This document shows, piece by piece, positions 47,201 to 55,867 of a DNA stretch of 64,000 nt; position 1 is the stretch's first letter; the number at the start of each line of letters is the position of its first letter. Source of the stretch: an uncultured bacterium. GTDB lineage: Bacteria > Cyanobacteriota > Vampirovibrionia > Gastranaerophilales > Gastranaerophilaceae. The notes beneath the pieces were generated by a model that saw nothing but the letters and a program-made list of their open reading frames with translations, did not search any database and was not told the origin of the DNA. The stretch spans positions 47,643 to 111,642 of the forward strand of contig CASGCE010000031.1 in NCBI GenBank assembly GCA_949299935.1. Direction: 5' to 3'. Made by a program: the position numbers and the translations under genes.

Positions 47201-48084
47201 TTATTTAAAACATTCATCATACATTTGCTGAAACGTTCTGCCACCTTTTTCCGTAGCGTAATTGGAAGAACTCAAAGTTGTAATACCTCCGCTCAAATCT
47301 CCAACAAATTGGAAAGAAAATATATCGTATCCCCATTTGTTGGGGCCTTTAAATCCGTTTATGTCAACCGTAAATACAGGAGTAGCCGTCAACAAGTTTT
47401 TATTGGAATATTTAATTAGATACGTTCCATCCGATAAAACTGCAACAGAATAACTATTTTTTATTTTACTGTCAGAAAAATCACCGTTTGGATCATAGTT
47501 TTCATCAGGATTTTTTTCTGAATTGGCTACATCTGCCCCTCTAAAATCCTTAGGTAAACATCCTTGTTCATATGCTTTATTGTCACATATTTTGGTTGTT
47601 TTTAATGTATTATAAAATAATTCATTATAAAATTCTGTGCATTCACTAAATGCACCGGTATAATCAGACGGGAGAGGTTCACCTGTTTCTGCACAAGCCC
47701 AAACAGTACAAGTACCAAAATCATTACGGTCTGTACAGGTTGCCGTACACTTACCCGTATAAGGATTCCTCTTACTATTCCAATAATAACATTTTACAAG
47801 TCTGCCATTTTTTGTCTGTATACCAAATACTGCTTGTGTAAATGTGCTATAAAATTTTCTAAACTGATTTTTTAATACAAATTCCTGTATTTTTGAGGTG
47901 ACTGTCGGTATTGTTATTGCCGCTACTATACCGATTATTCCAAGCGTTATTAATACCTCCGCTAATGTAAAACCTTTTCTTAAACCGTGTTTTAAATTAC
48001 AATACCTAATATCAATTAAGTAAAAACCCTTGTCTTTTCTACTTAGAGGAGTCGCCCCCCCCCGTTATTTCCGCTCAATTTCAT
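47201..48084 (-). pseudogene. Type IV pilin-like gene, interrupted as sequenced: the ATG and RBS are out of frame with the pilin body across a G9 tract
   Basis: The minus-strand frame is open from 48064 to 47201 (287 aa). It encodes LRKG|FTLAEVLITLGIIGIVAAITIP and the C-terminal TVDINGFKGPNKWGYDIFSF, but has no ATG, GTG or TTG before 47395. AAGGAGG-N6-ATG at 48084 sits in a different frame and stops after 13 codons. Confidence 0.8.
48055..48063 (-). repeat. Homopolymer: nine G on the coding (minus) strand
   Basis: Plus-strand CCCCCCCCC counted at 48055-48063, between the ATG and the pilin reading frame. Confidence 0.95.
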
Positions 48085-48108
48085 TCACTTCCTCCTTTTA
48101 TCAGGTTG

Positions 48109-48137
48109 ATTATACCATAGTTTTTTATGATTTGCAA
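48109..48137 (-). promoter_or_regulatory. Sigma-70-like promoter for the pilin-like gene (TTGCAA-N17-TGgTATAAT)
   Basis: Reverse complement of 48132-48137 is TTGCAA. Reverse complement of 48109-48114 is TATAAT, with a TG extension. Confidence 0.55.
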
Positions 48138-48168
48138 CAAAAAATAAAGGCGGTGGAGGGCACCGCCT
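48138..48168 (-). terminator. Rho-independent terminator of the GGDEF gene
   Basis: The minus strand reads AGGCGGTG-CCCTC-CACCGCCT followed by TTATTTTTT. Confidence 0.75.
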
Positions 48169-48218
48169 ATTAACCAGATATACACTTTCGTGCTCAGAAA
48201 GGAGCTTGTTTTAATGTT

Positions 48219-49091
48219 CTATTCTCCTAAGTTTATTTGAGAGAACTGAACAATTTTATTTTTACCGCGTTTTTTCGCATTGTATAACGCATGTTCAGCG
48301 TAACGTATAATTGTATTTGCATCTTCTTCAGCGCCTTCTATGCAGGGATAAGTCGAAATGCCACCTGAAATTGTAATCGGGTGTCTTTCTTCTTCTCCGG
48401 CAGGAATAAATTCCATTCTTTCAATTTCACGTCTGAATCTTTCTGCGAATAAAAATGCATTATCTTCTGATGTATTTGGTAAAATGAGCAAAAATTCTTC
48501 ATCGCCGTATCTTGTCAAAACATCTTCTTTTCTGATTAGCTGTTTCAATTTGTCGGCAATGGAACGTAAAAGAACATCTCCCCATTCGTATCCATAAATA
48601 TCATTAACTACTTTAAAAAAGTCTAAATCAAACAAAAGACACGAAAGACTGTTACCGTATCTCCTTGACCGTGAAATTTCCTGTTCTAAACGTTCATTTA
48701 AATATTTTCTGTTATGCAAACCGGTAAGTTCATCTGTTGTAGACACAATCTTTAACTTTTCACGCAAATCTCTGATTTTCAAAAGACAATTTGCACGAAT
48801 TAAAAGTTCATCATTGTCGACAGGAGTCTTAATAAAATCAAAAGCAACAGAACGTACCGTAGTGCCTTTAAAAACTTCTCCGATAAACAAAACCGGCACT
48901 TTAAATTTTATTACCATTAAAACATCTTTAATATTAGAAACACTTTCTATAACAATAATTGCCGGATTTAAAGTTTCATAATCTTTTAAATTTTCAGCAT
49001 TTTCAATTCTAACGTTGGTATCGTCAATCTTAGCCAACACATCGGCAATAGTCGAAGAATTTTGATCGGTATAAACAACAATATTTCTCAT
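48219..49091 (-). CDS. GGDEF-domain protein with a degenerate active site (GDEEF) and an N-terminal receiver-like domain
   Basis: TGLHNRKYL, LFDLDFFKVVNDIYGYEWGD, RKED (RxxD I-site) and RYGDEEF in place of RYGGEEF. The N-terminal ~110 aa is CheY-like, but it has IIVIES where the phospho-acceptor Asp is expected. Confidence 0.85.
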   Translation of the reverse strand: MRNIVVYTDQNSSTIADVLAKIDDTNVRIENAENLKDYETLNPAIIVIESVSNIKDVLMVIKFKVPVLFIGEVFKGTTVRSVAFDFIKTPVDNDELLIRANCLLKIRDLREKLKIVSTTDELTGLHNRKYLNERLEQEISRSRRYGNSLSCLLFDLDFFKVVNDIYGYEWGDVLLRSIADKLKQLIRKEDVLTRYGDEEFLLILPNTSEDNAFLFAERFRREIERMEFIPAGEEERHPITISGGISTYPCIEGAEEDANTIIRYAEHALYNAKKRGKNKIVQFSQINLGE

Positions 49092-49185
49092 CGATGCTCC
49101 TCTCTCTAAAAAGAGTTTATCACAGCACCATTACTAAATCAAAATTGTAACATTTATTTAACAAATTTTATGTTAAAATCAGTAC

Positions 49186-49695
49186 ATGGAAATTAAAATT
49201 CAACGTATGCAAAAGTCCGATGTGGACAATGTAATAAATATTGAAGAACAAGCTTACGGCGAACATCATTGGTCTAAAGAATCTTTCTTAAACGAACTTT
49301 CAAATGATCTTGCACGATATTACGCAGCATTTGATACAGACGGGAATCTTGTTGGTTACGCCGGTTGCTGGCAAATATTAGAAGAAGTCCATATAACAAA
49401 TATTGCTGTAGCTTCAGATTTCAGAAGGAAAAAAATAGGAGAAAAACTCCTCAGACAGATTATTAATGACTGTTATGCAAACAAAGCCAAATATATTACG
49501 CTTGAAGTGCGAGTTTCAAACAATGCAGCAATAAAATTGTATGAAAAATACGGTTTTAAATCGCTTGGAACAAGAAAAGGCTATTATCAAGACAACAGTG
49601 AAGATGCCTTAATAATGTGGACAGAAAACATATTTTACGATAAATTTAAAATGAATTACGAAAAGATAATATCAGGAGAAGATAATGTCAGATGA
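49186..49695 (+). CDS. rimI: Ribosomal-protein-alanine N-acetyltransferase (GNAT)
   Basis: About 150-170 aa GNAT with HITNIAVASDFRRKKIGEKLL and ITLEVRVSNNAAIKLYEKYGF. Confidence 0.8.
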   Translation: MEIKIQRMQKSDVDNVINIEEQAYGEHHWSKESFLNELSNDLARYYAAFDTDGNLVGYAGCWQILEEVHITNIAVASDFRRKKIGEKLLRQIINDCYANKAKYITLEVRVSNNAAIKLYEKYGFKSLGTRKGYYQDNSEDALIMWTENIFYDKFKMNYEKIISGEDNVR

Positions 49696-50353
49696 TGAAG
49701 CTATGTTACCCAAAATTAAAAGGATAAGCAAAGAAAAGAAGAAACTTAAGATCCCCGTATTGAATATACTTTTAGTACTTTTTTGTTCTTTTTTACTGAT
49801 GATATCAACTTTTATCCAGCTTAACATAACTCATTTCATAATTCCGCACGACATAATTTCAAACCACACATTAACAAAAAAAGAATTTTTGTATACATTT
49901 TCAATAATACCTCAAATTCCGGCTGTAATGTTTGTAGCAGGAGTTTTAGGACGGAAGCTTGGAATAACAAGTGTTCTAATTTATATTCTAACGGGATTGT
50001 TTTTTTTACCGGTATTTGCTCTCGGCGGTGGCATAAAATATCTCTTAGAACCGGGGTTTGGTTATATAGCAGCTTATATCCCGGCGGTATTTTTTGCCGG
50101 CAGCATTTTATCTTGCGGATTCTCAATTAAGAATATACTGAAAGCTACGTTAATTGGTGTCGTAACGATACATTTTATTGGAATAATATATATGCTGTTT
50201 ATTTGTGCGATTAAACACGAAGGCACAGCTTTTATAAAAGGTTGGATACTATCACAAAGTTTGTTAAAACTCGCGTACGATTATGCATTAAGTTTAGCAT
50301 CACTATTTGTTGCCAAATATGTTAATAAGTACATCAAATATTTAATAGGCTAA
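49685..50353 (+). CDS. bioY: BioY-family biotin transporter S component
   Basis: Multi-TM protein. PQIPAVMFVAGVLGRKLG...LPVFALGGG...GFGYIAAY resembles the BioY pattern. It has an N-terminal basic extension. Confidence 0.65.
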   Translation: MSDDEAMLPKIKRISKEKKKLKIPVLNILLVLFCSFLLMISTFIQLNITHFIIPHDIISNHTLTKKEFLYTFSIIPQIPAVMFVAGVLGRKLGITSVLIYILTGLFFLPVFALGGGIKYLLEPGFGYIAAYIPAVFFAGSILSCGFSIKNILKATLIGVVTIHFIGIIYMLFICAIKHEGTAFIKGWILSQSLLKLAYDYALSLASLFVAKYVNKYIKYLIG

Positions 50354-51665
50354 TTTTGTTAAGATAGTCTACTAATTTTTTAATATCTTTATTCCAAATG
50401 CCGTTCCAACTTCTCAAGATAATGTCTGCAGGGCAGAGTCCGTTAATAACAAGCTCTTTCACCGGCTCCAAAAACTTTTCCTCACTTTTGCCAGATTCTA
50501 TCAGGGATTTTTCCGCAATAGTTAAAATTTCTTTAGCAATATCAAGCACCGCATAATTTTTTATACGGCATTGAAGTGCGTTTTTTGGAACATTATACCT
50601 TAACTCCGCAAAATCATTATGACGTAATGGCTTAAACAATTCTTCAATTTGCTCCATTGCATACTTATTGTACAAAATCCCTTTATAAATAGCCAAAACA
50701 GCATAAGGCATATTTGTACAATCATGATTACGTATTTCAAGGAAATTACGCAATCTTACCTCCGGAAAATACAAATTAGCATGCAATTTGTAATCATTCA
50801 GAGTCGGTTCAAAACCTTCAAATCCTTTTTCCATATAATCAACGAAATTTATTCTGCCGTTAATCTCAATAGGGTTATTTTCTTTTTCTAAAAATATAAT
50901 AGGAGATTGCATAACCTTGTTAATATATTCATCAAGAGAAAACTCATCATCAAGACAGCAGGCAAAGCCGCAACGGTCATTATCCGTATTAAGCCAGCTA
51001 AGACTTCTAAAACTTTTGTAACCTGTTTCAACACCACCTCTTATTGGAGAATTTGCAAACATAGCCGTCATAAAAGGTACTAACTTATTTGCAAGTTTGA
51101 ACTTTCTCACAGCATCTTCTTCGCTGCTGAAATCAAAACAACCTTGAATTCCGGCGGTTTCTCTCATCATTACATCTGACAAAATCCCCCACAAATATTT
51201 TGCCATAATTTTGTATCGTCTTTTAGGTATAATATTGATATTTTTGTTTGTAGTTAAAGGAGATATTCCATACTCTAAAAGTGTAATATTTAATTTATCT
51301 AAAATCGGAAAGATTTTTTTATTCAGCGATCTGATTTTTTCTTGAACGTCAAAAATTGTTTTTTCAGGCTTTATGCTCAATTCAATTTGACAACCCGGCT
51401 CAAGAGTAATAGTATCGTGATTTTGTTTCAGACCGATAATATTAAAGTCATCAGTAATGTAATCCCAATTTTCTTCTCTGGCGAACTGTCTTAAAAAATC
51501 ACATATGCCGTCTTGATAGTCAATTGACTTAAAAGATGATAAAGAAACCGGTAATCTTTCATATTCCACACCTACCAGATATTCTTCAGTTTTTTTAAAA
51601 CCTTTTTTATATAAATTTAAAATGTCTTCTTTTTCTAGTCTATGTTTAATTTGTGAGCTTAACAT
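50334..51665 (-). CDS. gshA: Glutamate--cysteine ligase family protein (plant/cyanobacterial type)
   Basis: 443 aa. GVEYERLPV (GxExE) near the N-terminus, with overall length and pattern similar to GCS2/GSH1-type ligases. Moderate certainty. Confidence 0.6.
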   Translation of the reverse strand: MLSSQIKHRLEKEDILNLYKKGFKKTEEYLVGVEYERLPVSLSSFKSIDYQDGICDFLRQFAREENWDYITDDFNIIGLKQNHDTITLEPGCQIELSIKPEKTIFDVQEKIRSLNKKIFPILDKLNITLLEYGISPLTTNKNINIIPKRRYKIMAKYLWGILSDVMMRETAGIQGCFDFSSEEDAVRKFKLANKLVPFMTAMFANSPIRGGVETGYKSFRSLSWLNTDNDRCGFACCLDDEFSLDEYINKVMQSPIIFLEKENNPIEINGRINFVDYMEKGFEGFEPTLNDYKLHANLYFPEVRLRNFLEIRNHDCTNMPYAVLAIYKGILYNKYAMEQIEELFKPLRHNDFAELRYNVPKNALQCRIKNYAVLDIAKEILTIAEKSLIESGKSEEKFLEPVKELVINGLCPADIILRSWNGIWNKDIKKLVDYLNKISLLNI

Positions 51666-51756
51666 ATTCCCTCGTAAACTAATTATAACACTATCAAAAC
51701 TATCAGAGAAATTTTTTTAAAACATTTACCTGTGTGTGGTATTATTATTTAGTAAT

Positions 51757-52596
51757 ATGAACTACTTCGACAGAGCAAAATTCTTTAAAACAAAAAAAAG
51801 ACTCGGACAAAATTTTCTAATTAACGGAGAAATTATTCGGGAAATAGTTGATAGTGCAAAGATTACACCGGATGACACAATAGTTGAAATAGGTGCGGGA
51901 GTTGGTTTTGTAACGGAACAGCTTATAAAATATGCCAAAGAGGTTATAGCAATAGAATTAGATGAAGAAGCAATTAAAGAGCTTAAAAAACTAAATGCGC
52001 CTAATCTTAAAATTATTCATGCAGACATTTTGAAGACTGATTTATCAACGTTATGCGAAGGTAAAATCAAAGTAGTTGCGAACATTCCTTATTATATAAC
52101 AAGTCCGATAATTGTGCATTTATTAGGTGAAGTTGACGATTTAGAGAACAAAAATCGTAATAAAATCACCGAAATAATCTTAATGGTTCAAGATGAAGTT
52201 GCCAGAAGGATGACTGCGAATGAAAAATCACCCTCAAAGCAATACGGACTGTTAACAATATTGTCACAATTTTGGGCAGAGGTTGAAGTTATAAAATTTG
52301 TTAGCAGAAAATCATTTTACCCTGCACCAAAGGTAAATTCAGCATTAGTAAAGCTTACAGTCAAAAATAGGCCCAGATTGAAATTATCAGATTACACTCA
52401 CTTTAGAAAAACGGTTAAAGCATCATTTTCACAGAGACGAAAAAATATTAAGAATTGTCTTTTAAACAGCGGTTATAAGTATGATACCATAAAAGCAGCT
52501 TTATCAAAACTCGACATAGACGAAAATACACGAGGAGAGAAGCTTTCCATAGAAATGTTGGGCAGATTATCGGAGGCACTTTGTGAAAAAAATTAA
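51757..52596 (+). CDS. rsmA: 16S rRNA (adenine1518/1519-N6)-dimethyltransferase
   Basis: KKRLGQNFL, VEIGAGVG, NIPYYITSPI. Start taken at the ATG at 51757. Confidence 0.93.
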   Translation: MNYFDRAKFFKTKKRLGQNFLINGEIIREIVDSAKITPDDTIVEIGAGVGFVTEQLIKYAKEVIAIELDEEAIKELKKLNAPNLKIIHADILKTDLSTLCEGKIKVVANIPYYITSPIIVHLLGEVDDLENKNRNKITEIILMVQDEVARRMTANEKSPSKQYGLLTILSQFWAEVEVIKFVSRKSFYPAPKVNSALVKLTVKNRPRLKLSDYTHFRKTVKASFSQRRKNIKNCLLNSGYKYDTIKAALSKLDIDENTRGEKLSIEMLGRLSEALCEKN

Positions 52597-53374
52597 AATT
52601 CAATGTCCTGCAAAAATAAACCTGACACTAAAAGTTATCGGCAAACGTCCGGACGGTTATCATGATATTGACAGTATTATGCAGACAATTAATTTATTTG
52701 ACTATCTTACAATTTCAACCGAACGGAGTAAACTTAATGAAATTTCATTAAGCGGAACAAATAATGAAATTCCATATGATGAAAAAAATCTTGTGTATAA
52801 AGCATGGAAAATGTTCACAGAAAAAACTAACATCCGCCCAAGCAAAATAAACGTATTTATAGAAAAAAACATTCCGGTAGCAGCCGGTCTTGCAGGCGGC
52901 AGTACTGACGGAGCCGGAATGATATACGGATTAAACAAACTTTTTGATGAACCATTAAATCGCGAGGAATTACACGAGCTATGCGCAAGGCTCGGTTCTG
53001 ACTTGAATTTATGTTTAGAAGGCGGTAAACAAAAAACTTCGGGCAGAGGAGAAATTTTAGAAAAATTATCTTTTCAAGAATTAAAAATTTCATTAATAAA
53101 ACCGAAAAATCTTGGAATAAGTGCGAAAGAAGCCTACACCAAATTTTCTGCTAAAATAAAAAATTCGGATCGCGATTTATTTTTAAACGATTTGGAATGG
53201 GCTATTATTAATGACTACAAGTCTTTACAATACATAAAAAAATTATATCCGAATGCTGTTATGTCAGGTTCAGGTCCAACATATTTTGGAATAAACATAA
53301 ATTTTAAAAAACACAACGGTTATTGGACAAAAAATGACTTAAAATCAATACCATACGGAATAAAAGAAATATAG
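52583..53374 (+). CDS. ispE: 4-diphosphocytidyl-2-C-methyl-D-erythritol kinase
   Basis: CPAKINLTLKV, IPVAAGLAGGSTDGA, MSGSGPTYFG. GTG start overlapping rsmA. Confidence 0.92.
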   Translation: MKKIKIQCPAKINLTLKVIGKRPDGYHDIDSIMQTINLFDYLTISTERSKLNEISLSGTNNEIPYDEKNLVYKAWKMFTEKTNIRPSKINVFIEKNIPVAAGLAGGSTDGAGMIYGLNKLFDEPLNREELHELCARLGSDLNLCLEGGKQKTSGRGEILEKLSFQELKISLIKPKNLGISAKEAYTKFSAKIKNSDRDLFLNDLEWAIINDYKSLQYIKKLYPNAVMSGSGPTYFGININFKKHNGYWTKNDLKSIPYGIKEI

Positions 53375-53402
53375 AGAACCTCTTATACAAGGGGTTCTCT
53401 AT
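53373..53402 (+). terminator. Rho-independent terminator after ispE
   Basis: AGAGAACC...GGTTCTCT stem followed by ATATTTT. Confidence 0.65.
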
Positions 53403-53480
53403 ATTTTGTATTTTTTACGATCTTTGATTTTACAAAACCGCAGTTTGGATTTTATTCTTAGTTCCTAATTTGGCTAAGAA

Positions 53481-55535
53481 CTAGCTATTCTCTTTTGCGT
53501 TATCTATAGCATCTATAAGTCGTTTAATATCCTCAGCAGTTTTATAATCATTTTCATCTATGTTTTGAATGTTACAAGCTGCGGCCTCTTTTAATATTTT
53601 TGCTCTGAATGCTTTTTCTGCCGCAGGACCTGCTGCCTTAATATTTTCATAACAATACCTATTTTTCTCGAGAAAAGCTTCGCTTGTTACAGATTTAATA
53701 TAGTCAGCATTAATCCGCTCTTTTGTAAATGTTTTGGTGTATTCATCAACTATATCAGCTTTAGCACCTTGCGGAATCAAGATTTCTTTTCCTGCAACAA
53801 GGTATTTATGCTGAACTTCTTGGCAATCAATATGACCTGATTTTTGACCTCTGACACTTTCATTGAGATGAATCAATTCCTCAACTTCAACACCAAATCG
53901 ATCTGCAATTTTTTTATAAGTATCATTGTTATTTATAAATACTTTTGTCTGCTCTTGAGTTAACACTTGACCATTAGATGTTGTAGAACCACTTGGTGTA
54001 ACACTTTTATTTTTGTCAACAGCAGTTTGAGTATTAACATTAGATTCATCACCGTTTATCTGTGCCTGTCCATCATTTTCGGTATTTTCTGCTTCTTCAA
54101 CAGGTTTTTCTTCTTCAACAGGTTTTTCTTCTTCAACAGGTTTTTCTATCTCAACCGGAGGTTCTAAAAACGCCTTTACATAAGCTATTGCAAGTTCTTT
54201 TTTGCTCAAAATTCTTTGACTATTTTCACCTGCAGCTTCTATCAAAAACTGTGTTTTGCTTTCATCAGAAACGTTTGTTTCATCAATTGCACGTAACAAA
54301 ATCTTTACCTTCAAGGTATCATTTTTGGAACCAAAATTCATACTCTCATATACTCTTTTACCGTTTGAGTCATTTTTAAACAATTCTTGAATACCTATAC
54401 CATGAAGAACATCTTCATCTTGGGAATTACCAAACATTGCTGCAGCTACTGCGGTACCAACTGCTGCACCAATACCTGCACCTTTCCAGTTAACGTAATT
54501 TACATCTGCAGAAGCACTATCATATGCCAAGACCTCTCCTGTGACAGAATTACTTACCAGAGCTTCGGCAAAAGCACTGATTGTAGCAGGCAATGCTGCT
54601 GTTCCAACCTGCGATAATATACCAACAGAAAGACCTTTTCCAAGAATTGCCCAAGTATTATCTTCAACATCAAAACCCAGCTTTTTAAGCTCTTTTTTTG
54701 CTGCAGCATCATGTGCTCTTACGGTAGATGTTTTTGAAGCAAAATTCTCTACTTCATTAGGATCAAAAGTCCTGTCGCCACTAATATCTCTTGCTATATT
54801 ATAAAGGGCTTCATGAGAGGATACTTCATCTTCCTTCATTGCAGAATGAAGAGCTGCATTTTCGGGGCTCAACATTTTTTTGTTATGAACTTTGAATCTT
54901 AAATCATCAGCCTCCCCTTTAAGAGCTTTCTTTTCCTCGCGCATTTCCTTGCGAGAATCAAATACCCTTGTATGTTCTACTCTGTCTGCAATGGCAATAT
55001 CCTCGGCAATAACTTTGGCACCACGCTTCGTCATTTTTTTGTATAATTTTTCTACTTGCTCTTTATCTTTAGCATTTTTTATTGATTGTTGGTATGCACC
55101 ACTTTGTTCATATTTCTCTTGAATCGTTTTTTCCAAAGACTTTTTCAACTCTTTTTTAGCTTTACGATTCTTGTAAAGCGGTTTATCACCTTCCTTAATG
55201 ACTTCGTTCATTTTTTCTCTCTGGTACTCGGTCAATTCTTCAGGAGCAAAAAGCTTTTTTGCTTCTTCTTTTTGTTGATTAATTTCTTGTTCTTGTCTTA
55301 CTTTTGCCTCGTTTCGTGCACGCTTTTTTTCTTCCGTTTGCGGAGTTTCAACGTGTTCAATGTCAATACCCCTAATAGAGTTAGCTTGTAAACCCTGACC
55401 ATTTCTAAAATTAATGGTTAATTGTTTGCGTTCTCGTGGAGACGCTAAAAGATAACTTTGTTGGTCCTCCACACTCAATAGATTAAGTTCAGCCCGCGTT
55501 AACAATTTGCTTTGCACCTTGTCCACTGACATCAT
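53481..55535 (-). CDS. Large hypothetical protein: Lys/Glu-rich coiled-coil N-half, Gly/Ala-rich hydrophobic core, (EKPVEE)3 repeat, LysM-like C-terminal segment
   Basis: 684-aa ORF. The LysM-like stretch is TYKKIADRFGVEVEELIHLN...YLVAGKEILIP. The hydrophobic stretches are GLSVGILSQVGTAALPATISAF and GAGIGAAVGTAVAAAMFG. Confidence 0.55.
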   Translation of the reverse strand: MMSVDKVQSKLLTRAELNLLSVEDQQSYLLASPRERKQLTINFRNGQGLQANSIRGIDIEHVETPQTEEKKRARNEAKVRQEQEINQQKEEAKKLFAPEELTEYQREKMNEVIKEGDKPLYKNRKAKKELKKSLEKTIQEKYEQSGAYQQSIKNAKDKEQVEKLYKKMTKRGAKVIAEDIAIADRVEHTRVFDSRKEMREEKKALKGEADDLRFKVHNKKMLSPENAALHSAMKEDEVSSHEALYNIARDISGDRTFDPNEVENFASKTSTVRAHDAAAKKELKKLGFDVEDNTWAILGKGLSVGILSQVGTAALPATISAFAEALVSNSVTGEVLAYDSASADVNYVNWKGAGIGAAVGTAVAAAMFGNSQDEDVLHGIGIQELFKNDSNGKRVYESMNFGSKNDTLKVKILLRAIDETNVSDESKTQFLIEAAGENSQRILSKKELAIAYVKAFLEPPVEIEKPVEEEKPVEEEKPVEEAENTENDGQAQINGDESNVNTQTAVDKNKSVTPSGSTTSNGQVLTQEQTKVFINNNDTYKKIADRFGVEVEELIHLNESVRGQKSGHIDCQEVQHKYLVAGKEILIPQGAKADIVDEYTKTFTKERINADYIKSVTSEAFLEKNRYCYENIKAAGPAAEKAFRAKILKEAAACNIQNIDENDYKTAEDIKRLIDAIDNAKENS
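54093..54146 (-). repeat. Three perfect tandem copies of an 18-bp unit (plus strand TTCTTCAACAGGTTTTTC) encoding EKPVEE
   Basis: Counted directly: 54093-54110, 54111-54128 and 54129-54146. Confidence 0.95.
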
Positions 55536-55867
55536 TCACATCCTTTCAGCCATTAAAGGCATATTTATATTTTGTACTCTTTTTTCTCTTGATATAAGAA
55601 TAAACGTTTTTGTGTTCCTAAAATTGCATGTCATAACCTTAATTTTACCTTTTGTTATATCTTAATTTCTTGCTATATCTGCATTTGTTGTACATAATAT
55701 TTGAGTTTACAATACTTAATATATACATTTTATATACAGATATACTTCTACACAAAAAAGTTAACGGTATATTTAGTGTTTATCTTTAATTAATGTTACG
55801 AAATATGAAGCAGTTATTCCCTTACTACCCTATTCACATATTCCCATTTTGCAGATATAATAAACCC

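Noticed and set aside
48008-48016. In-frame ATT codons as alternative non-canonical starts for the pilin-like ORF, which would give a 12-14-residue leader.
   Set aside because: There is no Shine-Dalgarno sequence upstream, whereas a perfect AAGGAGG-N6-ATG exists just beyond the G9 tract. Kept only as an alternative in the finding.
54093-54146. Possible CRISPR-like or other non-coding repeat array.
   Set aside because: There are only three directly abutting 18-bp units with no spacers, and they are in frame inside a long ORF (EKPVEE x3). This is a coding tandem repeat. I saw no CRISPR array anywhere in the window.
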